Virus record (IMG/VR): IMGVR_UViG_2684623126_000004
Direction: 5' to 3' (one strand)
DNA: 64,000 bases
Source: a virus
Taxonomy: Duplodnaviria; Caudoviricetes
Shown: positions 26,201 to 34,581 of the stretch, one piece after another
Position numbering within the stretch: the first letter of the stretch is position 1
Layout of the letters: each line of letters starts with the position of its first letter
Made by a program: the position numbers and the translations under genes
Notes under the pieces: model-generated
What the model was told of the DNA's origin: nothing
The model's database searches: none
The model's input: only the letters and a program-made list of their open reading frames with translations

Positions 26201-28463
26201 CGATGATGCCGTCCCAATTCACCGCAGCGACGGCGGCATTGATCACTGCGGCGGCGGCGCCGAACGACTGCACGTAGGCGTCGATCAGCTTCTGGGCGTC
26301 GTCCTGCTGGCCGGTTGCCTTGCTGAAAAGAATGTCCTCGCCCTTGACCAGCTTGAGCTTGGCGCGCACGTCATCCACGGTCAGAGACTTCCCGGCGAAG
26401 GCGTCGCCCATTCCGACGAACACATCGGAACGCAGCCATTCCACGATTTCGGCGGGCGTGCCTGCCCGCTCGCGGCCTAGGGTGCCGTCCTTGACGTGCG
26501 CCAGGTAGGCTCCGCCCTGCTCGGTCAGCGTCAGGTAGTCGTTGCTGCGAGACTTGCCCAGCAGGTACACGGCGGCGTATTTCTCGCCGAAAGAGCCTTC
26601 CCACCACTTGGCCGACTTCTTGGCCTGCTCGGCAGCGGCTTCGTCCCCGCCAAGCTCCTTCAGCAGGGCTTCGTCCTCTTCGGGCGTCGTCGCCGGGCTG
26701 GTGTCCTCGGCCACGGTGTAGCCGGCCTCGCGCAGTTGCGCGATGGTCGGTGCAGCATGGGCGGCCAGCACCTTGCCGCCTTCAGCGCCCGGCGTGGCGT
26801 TGATAGTGCTCCACGCCTTTTCGCCTTCCGGCGTGTTCGGGAAGAACGACGTGAAGAGGCCGTCGGCGCTGTTGCGATAGGTGATGTCGGGTTTCTGCTG
26901 CGCCTCCTTCGCGGCCTGTACGCGGCGCGCCACCTCTGCCATCGCCGCCGCATCCACCTGGGCGGCGTAGTCTTCCGGCGTCTTGGTCAGGTCGTCGTCG
27001 ATGCCGTTCATGGCCCAGCCGGCGACGTTGCGGCCCGCGCCGACGTGCGTAAAGGTCGGCTGCACTTCGGCGTCGCCCTTGTAAAGGCGGGTATCGCTCG
27101 GCTCGCGGCCCTCCCAGCCCAGCGCGCGCAGGGCATTTCGGACGGCAACGATGCGGCCCTGGAAGAAGGCGTCGAGGCGGTCTTGCCAGTAGAGTTGCAG
27201 GGCTTCGTCGCCGCGCACCTTGGCGTAGCCCTCGGGCGTGGTCGGGTCGAACTCCGGCTTACCCTCGGCGGCCACCTTCGCCACTTCGAGTTCATGCTGG
27301 GCGGTCGCCAGTTCGGTTTCCAGGGTGGCGATTTCGTCCTTCAGGGTCTGGATGTTCTGCATCCGGGCCGCGCGCGTGGCATTCACGCGCTGGAACGCCT
27401 CGCTGTTCTTCTCGGCCAGGCGCATGATGCGGCGCGCCACCTCGCGGATGTTCAGGTCGGCGCCGCGCTCCGGCGCGACGACGATGGTGATGTCCTTCTT
27501 GTTCAGCAGCCATTTCCACGAGATAACCTCGTCCGCCGGGGCCATCTTGTTCGGCGTCACGTCGGGGTTGTGGAAGAAGATGGTCACGGTCTGGCCGTCG
27601 GACAGCTCGAAAATGGCCGCCACGTTGGCGACGCCGCGCTGCTTGAACGGGTCGGTGACTTGCAGGGCGATTGGCTTCACCTTGTCGCCGGTGCGCTCCA
27701 TGATGCCGCGCAGCAGTTCCATCCGGCGTTCCAGCTTGGCGTAGGGCGTCACCAGCGCGTCGAAGGCCAGTGCGCCATCGGCGTCGTCGATGATTTCCTG
27801 GGCGGTCACGGCATCCAGAAGAAGGCCCTCGCCGCTGTCGGAGCGCCGGATGTCGTACAGCACCTTGTCCAAGGTGGTGTCGTAGGGCAGCGCGTCGGTG
27901 TTCCAGTGAGTTTTCTTCATGGTGTCAAGTCCTTCCTTGGGTAGGGTGTCGGCCCGAAGCGGGCTCTTCAGGTCGCCGTTGTCCAGCCACCACTTGAGTT
28001 GAGAAAGAGAGGCCGGGACGATGCTTTCCAGCCCGTCCCAGCCGCGTTCGTAGCTGTTCAAGTAGGCGGCGCGCGCCGATGCCAGGTCGGGAAAGGCGAG
28101 CATGACTTTGTGCTCGTCGAACTGGCCGCCGATGTTCTGGTTGATGACGTAGGCCCGCTCCGATTCGGGTAGCGGGCCGATGAAGCAATCCACGCCGTCG
28201 CCGTCCGCGCCGGTTGTGCCGCCGATGTAGCCGTAGTGCGCCGCCATGCGGCTAGACCACGCCTTGCCAGTCTTTTCATCCACGCCGGAGCGCGTGCTTC
28301 CGCGCGGCTGCTCGATGGCAAGATTCAGGCCGTACAGGCTCACCCGCCCCACCTTGTAGTTGCCGGCGCGGCACTGGGCTTCCGACGGTTCAGGCGTCAG
28401 GTTTTGGCCGAATGCGCCCTCGTGGGCGGCGCGCTCGATGAGGTGGAGAGGGGTATGGGACAT
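23223..28463 (-). CDS. darA: Giant DarA-like polyvalent virion protein, 1746 aa
   Basis: N-terminal pyrophosphatase-like module (YGYI...GADGDGVDCFIG), DarA_N-like region (ELSDGQTVTIFFH), DUF2958-like module (HLHYF...DWYITE...ELGYISI), DarA_C-like end; next to hdf and darB. Confidence 0.75.
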   Translation of the reverse strand: MSHTPLHLIERAAHEGAFGQNLTPEPSEAQCRAGNYKVGRVSLYGLNLAIEQPRGSTRSGVDEKTGKAWSSRMAAHYGYIGGTTGADGDGVDCFIGPLPESERAYVINQNIGGQFDEHKVMLAFPDLASARAAYLNSYERGWDGLESIVPASLSQLKWWLDNGDLKSPLRADTLPKEGLDTMKKTHWNTDALPYDTTLDKVLYDIRRSDSGEGLLLDAVTAQEIIDDADGALAFDALVTPYAKLERRMELLRGIMERTGDKVKPIALQVTDPFKQRGVANVAAIFELSDGQTVTIFFHNPDVTPNKMAPADEVISWKWLLNKKDITIVVAPERGADLNIREVARRIMRLAEKNSEAFQRVNATRAARMQNIQTLKDEIATLETELATAQHELEVAKVAAEGKPEFDPTTPEGYAKVRGDEALQLYWQDRLDAFFQGRIVAVRNALRALGWEGREPSDTRLYKGDAEVQPTFTHVGAGRNVAGWAMNGIDDDLTKTPEDYAAQVDAAAMAEVARRVQAAKEAQQKPDITYRNSADGLFTSFFPNTPEGEKAWSTINATPGAEGGKVLAAHAAPTIAQLREAGYTVAEDTSPATTPEEDEALLKELGGDEAAAEQAKKSAKWWEGSFGEKYAAVYLLGKSRSNDYLTLTEQGGAYLAHVKDGTLGRERAGTPAEIVEWLRSDVFVGMGDAFAGKSLTVDDVRAKLKLVKGEDILFSKATGQQDDAQKLIDAYVQSFGAAAAVINAAVAAVNWDGIIDTQTMRAELDKLGVASRAGQYDIIGKASQALEAGGIKTWDERLSSLREDPGFAAWSAALDAAASARDRIQSIAKERLIAKGTSEVAALTPETPLADVATAVFHKAGIDTGSQTPQIVAAIEAKDAALAWSILSNLDNKSSAEIFERATGIKLAKTQRDRRPQIDEWAGITAEKRAELEAQRSEAQEAKRRDDNLKWAWNGLTSISVRTTEGTVSNGQDFVKSLFEQGFGEVVARKRGAATSYYVRKGDRITGLKSKNFNGFLKAALAFGGLRQALESLGVAEPQSEKTDAEKIAAVDEAYRFTSATDEFKLWLSESVLKGDYSPFVTAKGMDEAAKRHGAEIEWGEFAGAAMDSVHTIAGEQFDGGEFDTLRAMKKNPKIEDGDVPSKASRDSLVERGYIERRDGYNWLTNEGRDLVASLDDTGHAVAALQQALDVAKNNEPINRSEGNTEQADLEAEVAASIEEAIAILTEGDYEPDEAEVGATFDVETALDSAAGFEVETEVRAVAATKALLNNFSVFLASDEKFAAALDSVSEIATFDSALVPLRSVMSFGASLSGVEMTQEETDRIGAFANDARAISDRLTGRAGAKPEQSPALDGVDDDGYVGKVKKGDQVLGRIDIGDDGKAMVYVGEAGDERVKGSEGRPFMYSEDDAPEMVEALFSAEEQPTTAQAEAFTGPAKDRMDALKVLTDTGMNRWMSEAQNKAVIAGLMGEEWQFFADKMKELAGVIATMPKTYDQDGKGDEAVAHLHYFRGAGDWYITEKDMEGTGTEQAFGLADLYGDGGELGYISIYELTEAGVELDFHFNPKTIGQIRGKTAAEEQPQQTAAPDALPDISPDVPELIAAGFSRVLNNDYVRSVQAGDKKLQFNIRVTEDGFVVRLTVGFSGGITGAAAEIGRTTDVGAAIAIADAEAAKRGAGDGQADPQKDADRALFQSVIDGTVPDILAPDLADTLEAAFNRNQDDPALVTLFEQAVATYQNAMLAATANLS

Positions 28464-28469
28464 GCAGGC

Positions 28470-28510
28470 ATGGTATGGCCCGCGTTGCCCGTTATTTCGG
28501 GTGGTTTTCC
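28470..28510 (-). promoter_or_regulatory. Candidate late promoter GGAAAA-N29-TACCAT, leaderless darA mRNA
   Basis: -10 followed by 6 nt then ATG. Confidence 0.7.
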
Positions 28511-28701
28511 GCCTCAATGTCGGCGGCAAGCTGATGGATGGTGATGCAGATGTCGGCCAGGTCGCGGCCAGCTTTCGACTTCTTGGAGAGGCCCCCGAAG
28601 TAGTCCAGCTCGGCGGCGATGTCGGCCATTTCGTCGGCCATCGCGCGCAGCCGCTTGGCCGGCGCTTCCGGCGGCGACTGCGGCGCGGGACTGCTGCTCA
28701 T
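28492..28701 (-). CDS. Hypothetical 69-aa helical protein
   Basis: Fills gap between hdf and darA in operon direction. Confidence 0.5.
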   Translation of the reverse strand: MSSSPAPQSPPEAPAKRLRAMADEMADIAAELDYFGGLSKKSKAGRDLADICITIHQLAADIEAENHPK

Positions 28702-28705
28702 GGCA

Positions 28706-29185
28706 TCAGGCGGCGGGGGCGAGGCTGGCGATCTGCTCGCGCACGGAGGCGATAGATTCCTTCAGCGCGTCGCGCTTCTGGGTCAGCACCTGCTCCATCT
28801 TCGGCGCGGCGGTGCGGATCCCGACGGGCGGCCTTACCTTCGCGGCGGCGAGCACCTTCTGGAACTTCACGCGCCCGGCGTCCATCGCCTGCACGATTTC
28901 GGCGATGGCCTTCACATGGTCGTCCTGGTTCTTGATGGGGAGCACCTTGCCATTCACCAGTACCTGGAAGATGTCGCCGGACTGCTTGATGCGCAACACC
29001 ACTTGCTGGGAATCGGCGAAGGTCAGCGTCATTTCCCGGTAGGTGATGCCGGACGAACGCTTCACGGTGGTCGGCACGTCCTGCTGCACCACATTCGCGC
29101 CGGCGCGCGAGAAGTAGCGAACGGCCTGCTTGGCGGCCTTGTCTTTGGCCGACAGGTCTTCAAAGCTGAAAAGCAGGTTCTTCAT
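28706..29185 (-). CDS. hdf: Hdf-like protein (homologue of DarA N-terminal fragment)
   Basis: FADSQQVVLRIKQSGDIFQVLVNGKVLP; RBS GAAAGGA; upstream of darA as in P1. Confidence 0.75.
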   Translation of the reverse strand: MKNLLFSFEDLSAKDKAAKQAVRYFSRAGANVVQQDVPTTVKRSSGITYREMTLTFADSQQVVLRIKQSGDIFQVLVNGKVLPIKNQDDHVKAIAEIVQAMDAGRVKFQKVLAAAKVRPPVGIRTAAPKMEQVLTQKRDALKESIASVREQIASLAPAA

Positions 29186-29196
29186 GGTGTTTCCTT

Positions 29197-29805
29197 TCAA
29201 TGCGAATGGTGGTTGCTGTTGCCGCCGCCGTCCATGATGGTGCCGGATGCGTCGATGTTGCCCTGCACGCCGATGTTGCCCTCGACCGAAACGCCAGAAC
29301 CGCCGGAAACGGCCAAGCCGCCCTTGCCGACGATGGCGCCATCCACGGTGAGGTTTCCGGTGACGTGCGTATCGTCCGCCTGCACCGTGGCCGAAGGGGC
29401 CTGCACCGTCACATGGGAACCGGACTTGATGAGCACGTCGCCCTGCGCAATCAGGTTCATCAGCGCATCGGCAAGCAACTCCATGTTGGCATGGTGCCAG
29501 CGCCGCCAGCCCGTCGAATTTCCTGCCTGCGGGTTCCGATAGCCGGTGATGATGGGGTAGCGGGCGTCGCCGCCGATGAACGCCACCCAGACGGTATCGC
29601 CCGCCGTGATTTCGACCTCGGTAGCGTTCGCGCCGGCGCGCGACTTGTCGCCCAGGGAATACTCGATCTCGGCCAGCGGCAGCACGTCGCCGCCGTCGGT
29701 CAGGCCCGGAATCTCCACGCGGCACATGCGCGCGCCCGCGTCGTAGCCGCGCACGATGGCGGGATAGCGGCCAGGCCAGAAGCCGTAGGTTTCGCCCGCC
29801 TTCAT
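29197..29805 (-). CDS. Baseplate central spike (gpV-like)
   Basis: OB-fold N-terminus (CRVEIPG, TVWVAFIGGD..YPII), beta-helix repeats, terminal HHSH iron-binding motif. Confidence 0.85.
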   Translation of the reverse strand: MKAGETYGFWPGRYPAIVRGYDAGARMCRVEIPGLTDGGDVLPLAEIEYSLGDKSRAGANATEVEITAGDTVWVAFIGGDARYPIITGYRNPQAGNSTGWRRWHHANMELLADALMNLIAQGDVLIKSGSHVTVQAPSATVQADDTHVTGNLTVDGAIVGKGGLAVSGGSGVSVEGNIGVQGNIDASGTIMDGGGNSNHHSH

Positions 29806-30698
29806 TCTTCGAGGCTCCCCACCCAGAGCCGGGTATAGGCTTCCTGCTGGCCGCCGTCGTCCGTGCCGCTGCCGAAGACGTGGGCCGCCGTGATGACGGC
29901 CAGCTTCGCGCCGCCGGCGTAGGCGATCAGGTCGCCGGCCACGACATTCCCTCGCATGGTTGTCCGCGAGGTCTTGCGATGCACCAGGCAGCGCGTCATG
30001 TTGCGCAGGCGCTGGGCGTCCTTGAATGGGGAGTAGCGCACCGCGCGCGGCTTGTCGCGGTTGCCGAACACAGCCGCGCCGGATGCGGCCAGCGAGAAGA
30101 ACCAGGGCACGGTATGCCGTTCTAGGAAGCCGCTTTCCACGTCCTCGCTGGTGTTGTCGGGCAGGGTCAGCACCGTGGCCTGCTTGAACAGGTCGCCCAG
30201 TCGGACGAATTGCAGCTTGCCGTTCTTCCAGCGCACCGCGCCGCCCTCTTCCTGAAGCACGCGGGCAATATGGAAGGTCGGGGTGTCGCCCACGGGGCAA
30301 TAGAAGCGCGGCACGGGGAAGTCGGCATCCACGCCATTGATGGTCGCGCCGGCGGCCCGATAGATGGCGGCCAGCGAGGCGTTCTCTTTGATGATGGCGC
30401 GCTGGCGCACGTAGGCCGCGCCCTGGCAGGCATCCAGCAGCGCGGTCACGCTGTACGCCTCCATGTCACGCTGCCCCTGGGAAGAGCGCCCGGCGATGCG
30501 CTTGGACTTGACGATGCGCAGCGCGTCGCCTCCGACGTTCAACACCTGGCCCTCGGCCAACCGCTTGTCCAGCCCGTCGTCGCCGGCCCGGATCTCGGCT
30601 TCCAGCGTCAGGGGAATAGGGGAAAGGTCGGAGCGTAGCGTGGCGGACTTGATGAGGTCGCCGCGAAGCTGCTTACCGTCGGCGAAGGTCACGATCAC
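29802..30698 (-). CDS. Baseplate hub protein
   Basis: ATGA-coupled to spike gene; size and position. Confidence 0.65.
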   Translation of the reverse strand: MIVTFADGKQLRGDLIKSATLRSDLSPIPLTLEAEIRAGDDGLDKRLAEGQVLNVGGDALRIVKSKRIAGRSSQGQRDMEAYSVTALLDACQGAAYVRQRAIIKENASLAAIYRAAGATINGVDADFPVPRFYCPVGDTPTFHIARVLQEEGGAVRWKNGKLQFVRLGDLFKQATVLTLPDNTSEDVESGFLERHTVPWFFSLAASGAAVFGNRDKPRAVRYSPFKDAQRLRNMTRCLVHRKTSRTTMRGNVVAGDLIAYAGGAKLAVITAAHVFGSGTDDGGQQEAYTRLWVGSLEE

Positions 30699-30700
30699 GG

Positions 30701-31084
30701 CTACACCGTCAGGATGGGTTGAAAGAAAGCCCTATGCGGCATTTCCGCTTCGGTCTGGGCGATGTCGCCAGCAATCTCGCTGGCGCTGCGCCCGAAGGGA
30801 TCGACACCCATGCCGCGCGAGGCTTCGAGCTGCAAGGCCGTCTCACGCTCGACGTACAGCAGGAACAGGGGGCGAATCAGCGCCCATTCGGGGTCGGTGA
30901 TTTCCAGGTCGCCATTGATGGCCGGCACCGGGTCGGCGTTCTCGCGCGCGCGGATGACGGCATACCCGGCATAGAACCGGGTAGCCGCCATTGCCTGCGC
31001 AAGTACCGTTTCCTCGTCCAGCAGATTGCCGGCGGGGCGCTCTTGCGTGGCGAACTGCGTAGCCAGCGCGGAGAGCGTCGTCAT
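30701..31084 (-). CDS. P1-like virion morphogenesis protein, unknown function
   Basis: Coupled start/stop with neighbours; resembles a recalled small P1-group protein. Confidence 0.6.
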   Translation of the reverse strand: MTTLSALATQFATQERPAGNLLDEETVLAQAMAATRFYAGYAVIRARENADPVPAINGDLEITDPEWALIRPLFLLYVERETALQLEASRGMGVDPFGRSASEIAGDIAQTEAEMPHRAFFQPILTV

Positions 31085-31584
31085 TAGCGGTAGTCGTTCG
31101 AGTTGCCGGCGCCGATTTCGCCGAAGTAGTGGAAGAACGCCGTGCCGGTAATCATCAGCACCTGCGAGCGGTTCTCCCAGTCGCGGTCGGGGTCATCCAC
31201 TTGGATGAAGCAATCGACGATGCGCTTGACGCGAAGGTACTGCTGCGGCGTGCCCTCGTACACCTTGGCGTTGAAGTAGCCGCCCTTGGCGATGAGATTC
31301 ACCAGCATCTGATCGACGCTGCCGGCCACATCTTCCAGCAGGGAGATTTGGCCCTGGTGGGCGATCTTGATTTGCTGGGCCTGGTACATCATCGAGCCCA
31401 GCGGCATCGGCACTTCGATTTCGCCGGCGGGCGCGGTCTGCGGCCACGGGAACTGCTTGCACTTGAGCCAGCTTTGCTCGAAGCCTTCGATTTCCAGGGA
31501 GAAGTCGCTGGAAATGGCCTTCGCGCCCAGGGCGCGGGTCGCGTCGTAGTGCCCCTTCAAAAGGGCAGAAGTAGAAACGGTCAT
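31084..31584 (-). CDS. Tail tube-like protein (P1 BplB/Tub family)
   Basis: 166 aa; KQFPWP..AGEIEVPMPLG; strong RBS GAAAGGA. Confidence 0.7.
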   Translation of the reverse strand: MTVSTSALLKGHYDATRALGAKAISSDFSLEIEGFEQSWLKCKQFPWPQTAPAGEIEVPMPLGSMMYQAQQIKIAHQGQISLLEDVAGSVDQMLVNLIAKGGYFNAKVYEGTPQQYLRVKRIVDCFIQVDDPDRDWENRSQVLMITGTAFFHYFGEIGAGNSNDYR

Positions 31585-31623
31585 GTCGTTGTCCTTTCGT
31601 AGGGGATAGAGACGTACATAGGC

Positions 31624-31664
31624 ACTGTATGGCACGCCCTGCCCAGCACCCGGCGCAGTTTTCC
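31624..31664 (-). promoter_or_regulatory. Candidate late promoter GGAAAA-N29-TACAGT
   Basis: Same motif and spacing. Confidence 0.7.
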
Positions 31665-31666
31665 GC

Positions 31667-31939
31667 CTACTGACAAGCCAGAATGGCCGCTTCCAGCTCG
31701 GCCTCGTAGCCCTGGCGCTGCTTGCGCTCTGCGCGCAGGGCCGCCATCTGGCGGAAGACGGTGGAGCCCAGCGGAAGCGCCTCGACAGCGTAGGCCGGCT
31801 TCGTCGGAGCGGACACCTTGCACGGGACAGGAACAGGGACAAGCACCTGCTGCACGTCGGGCGCGCGCTGCGCGGGCGCGGCGCACCCGGCAAGGCAGGT
31901 CAGCGCAGCAAGGGCGATGGTGAGGATGACGGTCTTCAT
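31667..31939 (-). CDS. Outer-membrane spanin (Rz1-like lipoprotein)
   Basis: Lipobox LAGC, Pro-rich body, terminal Cys; ATGA overlap with i-spanin. Confidence 0.85.
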   Translation of the reverse strand: MKTVILTIALAALTCLAGCAAPAQRAPDVQQVLVPVPVPCKVSAPTKPAYAVEALPLGSTVFRQMAALRAERKQRQGYEAELEAAILACQ

Positions 31940-32349
31940 GGCTTCCCTCGCTCGGTCTTCAGTTCGGCGTCGAACGCGGCGGACGCGGCGGCGCACTCGT
32001 TGGCGCCGACTGGCGGCTGGGACTGCAAGATGCTCGCGGCCTGCGCCTGGTAGCCGGCGGATTCGGTCTTCGCCTTGTCGGCGGCGGCCTTGGCCTGCTG
32101 CTCGCGCTCGGCGGCCTGCGCAACCAGCTTCGTGAGTTCGTCGTTCTGCTTCTGCGCGGCGACGGCGACGGCGTTGTAGGACTGCTCGAAGGAATCGGCG
32201 CGGTCGTTGGCCGCCTTCAGTTGCGTTTCCAGCGCGGACACCTTGGGCGAGTAGTAGGCGGACGTGGCCTTGTAGCCAAGCCCAATACCCACGGCGATCA
32301 TGGCAATGACGCCCAGCGCCTTCCAGAGCAAGGGATTGAGCGGGTTCAT
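31936..32349 (-). CDS. Inner-membrane spanin (Rz-like)
   Basis: N-terminal TM, long coiled coil, C-terminal Cys. Confidence 0.85.
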   Translation of the reverse strand: MNPLNPLLWKALGVIAMIAVGIGLGYKATSAYYSPKVSALETQLKAANDRADSFEQSYNAVAVAAQKQNDELTKLVAQAAEREQQAKAAADKAKTESAGYQAQAASILQSQPPVGANECAAASAAFDAELKTERGKP

Positions 32350-32591
32350 TGCGCCTCGCCTCCCGGCGCGTGCTCCTTGGGCTTGCTCTTGTCGCCCATG
32401 AGATACACGCCCAGGCCACCGACGAGGGAGCCGAAGCCGATGCCGAACGCCTGCATGTCGAAGTCCTTGCCCTGGGCGATCACGCCCCACGCAGCCAGGA
32501 CGATGAACGCGGCGATGCCGACAATGGCGGCAACCCGCCCCGTTTCCAGCGTCTCGCCGTCGTAGTCGGTGATGAGATCCTTGAGCGACAT
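32346..32591 (-). CDS. Two-TM holin candidate
   Basis: 81 aa, two hydrophobic helices, charged tail, between endolysin and spanins. Confidence 0.65.
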   Translation of the reverse strand: MSLKDLITDYDGETLETGRVAAIVGIAAFIVLAAWGVIAQGKDFDMQAFGIGFGSLVGGLGVYLMGDKSKPKEHAPGGEAQ

Positions 32592-32610
32592 ATCATGCCC
32601 CTTTCTGCCG

Positions 32611-33219
32611 TCAGGCAAGTTCCGTGTCGTGCCGCTCGAAGGCAGCGGCCATCTTGGTGTCGTACTTGTTGGCCGCGTAGTTCGGGCCGTTGTAGTTCTT
32701 GGCGAACTTCGCCCAGTCCTGCGCCTTCAGCGCCGACCAGATGGCCGGGTTCGCTTTCACGAAACGCACGAAGGCGTCCAGTTGTGCGGCCTCGTCCCGG
32801 TACATGGCATTGATGAACTCCTGCACGGAGCCGTAGCCCAGCAGTTGCCAGTGGAAGCCCATGATCTGGAACAGACCCCAGCTCGCCGATTCCAGCGCGC
32901 AGGCCCGGTGAATCTTCGCCGCCTCGTCCAGGCGGTCACACTCGGCGACGCCGCCACGGTATCCGCCGGGCGTCGCATTGACGACGCCGGGGTGGCTCTT
33001 GGCGTAGGTTTCGGTCAGTTGCGGGCCGATGGCGTCCTTCAGGCGGCGGTACATGATGTGCCGCTCGAACAGGATGACGGGGCGGCCATCGTCGAAGAAG
33101 CCGGAGCCACGGCTTTCTACTTCGGTGACGGCCTTCACCGCCGCCACGGGCACGGACAGCAGCAGCGCGGCTTTCTGGAAGTCGGCGGGAATAAGTCGTT
33201 TGGATTCAGGCGTCGCCAT
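32611..33219 (-). CDS. Endolysin, N-acetylmuramidase (DUF3380-like)
   Basis: AVTEVESRG, ILFERH, SASWGLFQIMGFH, YNGPNY motifs. Confidence 0.92.
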   Translation of the reverse strand: MATPESKRLIPADFQKAALLLSVPVAAVKAVTEVESRGSGFFDDGRPVILFERHIMYRRLKDAIGPQLTETYAKSHPGVVNATPGGYRGGVAECDRLDEAAKIHRACALESASWGLFQIMGFHWQLLGYGSVQEFINAMYRDEAAQLDAFVRFVKANPAIWSALKAQDWAKFAKNYNGPNYAANKYDTKMAAAFERHDTELA

Positions 33220-33220
33220 A

Positions 33221-33580
33221 TCAGCCACCCTTCTTGAATTTGTCCGTCATGCCCTGGATCAGGTCGTAGTAGTCGCGCTGCAACTCTTCGCGCGTCGGCG
33301 GCTCTACGCCATCGCACTCGCAACGACTGATGTATGCCATGCACTTCGTGACGAAGCCGAAGATGTGGTTTCGCGCCGCCTCGACCTCGGCAAGGCGTTC
33401 GTCCAAGTCCTCCACGCGCTTCTGCAAGCGGGTGAAGGCGTCGCGGTCAGAGGCGTCGGCCTTGAGGGTCACAGCATCCTTGCTGACGCGAAGGCCAATC
33501 CATCGAAGGATCGTGAAGCCCAGCAGCGCCAGGCCGGCAATGCCGCCTGCTTTCTGTTCGGGTGGAAGTCCGTCCAGCAT
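33221..33580 (-). CDS. Single-TM coiled-coil protein, holin/antiholin candidate
   Basis: N-terminal TM plus coiled coil, directly upstream of endolysin. Confidence 0.55.
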   Translation of the reverse strand: MLDGLPPEQKAGGIAGLALLGFTILRWIGLRVSKDAVTLKADASDRDAFTRLQKRVEDLDERLAEVEAARNHIFGFVTKCMAYISRCECDGVEPPTREELQRDYYDLIQGMTDKFKKGG

Positions 33581-33582
33581 CC

Positions 33583-33810
33583 TTACATCCTCCGACGGGC
33601 AAGCACCTTCCCGAGATTGCCAATGGAGCGAATCACGGTGTTCAGGCGATCAACGGTTGCGGCTTGCGTTTTCAACTCGGCTTCCTTTCCTTTCTTCCAG
33701 TCCTCGAAGGGCTTACCCTCGAAGAACCGTTTAGCGACGCTGGGCTGCATCGCCAAGGCTTCGTTCAGTGATGTGGATGAATATAGGGTGAGGCTAGATG
33801 CCGTCCCCAT
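33583..33810 (-). CDS. Small ORF overlapping the tail chaperone end (possible frameshift extension)
   Basis: FFEGKPFEDWKK protein-like text; +1 frame relative to upstream gene. Confidence 0.55.
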   Translation of the reverse strand: MGTASSLTLYSSTSLNEALAMQPSVAKRFFEGKPFEDWKKGKEAELKTQAATVDRLNTVIRSIGNLGKVLARRRM

Positions 33811-34567
33811 CAGGTTTTCCGACCAACTCGCGCGCCATTCGGGAGAGACAGGAATGAACCGGAAATCGGGCCGGAGGCAAGTTGCTTGCCGCCCCTCCTT
33901 TCGGCATAGCCACGATGCCGTCCTCGGTAAATTCCAGCTTGAAGAAGTGGTGCAGCTTGTCGCGGCCTTCCAGGTACAAGCCCATCAGCCGCGTGAAGTC
34001 GCTGTCCGGGTAGCCCTTCAGCACGCGCACGCGCGACAGCAGGTATTCGTCGAATGCGCCCTCGCCGTCGGCGGCCTCCGGCGCTTCCTCGCCGGTGCGC
34101 AGTAGTTGCGCAGCCATCGCGCCGAACAACCAGTGCAGACGGCCAGAAAGGCCCTCGACCTCGCCTACCATGCGCTCGATGGATTCAGCCATCGCGCCGG
34201 TGAGGTGTCGGACGTGCCAGGTGTCGCCGCCGACCTCGCCCACCTCGACGGCCTGCACCGAAGTCTGGATGTCGGCTTCGCCTTGCAGGTAGTCCGAGTA
34301 GCGCCCCGCGCCCAGCGAGAAGTCGGGGCCGTCCTCGGTCGTGGCGGAAAGGTAGTGGCAGACGGCCAGGATGCGCTCCTGCACCGTCCAGCGGGCCGGG
34401 TCATCGACGCCACCCTTCGACGCATCGACGGCAGCGCGCAGGAAGGCCGTGGTGCTGGCTTCTTCCATGTGGCCGGGCATGGCGGCCAGGGCCAGCGAAT
34501 CGCCGATGGACAGTTCGCGCAGTTGCAGCGTCAAGCGTCGCGTGCGAAGTGGGGGAAAGTAGATCAT
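33794..34567 (-). CDS. Tail assembly/morphogenesis protein (P1 PmgC/PmgG-like)
   Basis: EEASTTAFL and WTVQER motifs resemble recalled P1 Pmg proteins. Confidence 0.6.
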   Translation of the reverse strand: MIYFPPLRTRRLTLQLRELSIGDSLALAAMPGHMEEASTTAFLRAAVDASKGGVDDPARWTVQERILAVCHYLSATTEDGPDFSLGAGRYSDYLQGEADIQTSVQAVEVGEVGGDTWHVRHLTGAMAESIERMVGEVEGLSGRLHWLFGAMAAQLLRTGEEAPEAADGEGAFDEYLLSRVRVLKGYPDSDFTRLMGLYLEGRDKLHHFFKLEFTEDGIVAMPKGGAASNLPPARFPVHSCLSRMARELVGKPDGDGI

Positions 34568-34581
34568 GGGGTCTGGTGCTC

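Noticed and set aside
16796-26480. Long plus-strand ORFs (1105, 990 and 1179 aa)
   Set aside because: Antisense shadows of darB and darA
28706-29725. 339-aa ORF as listed in the track
   Set aside because: The upstream part overlaps the spike gene out of frame; the real start is ATG 29185 with a strong RBS
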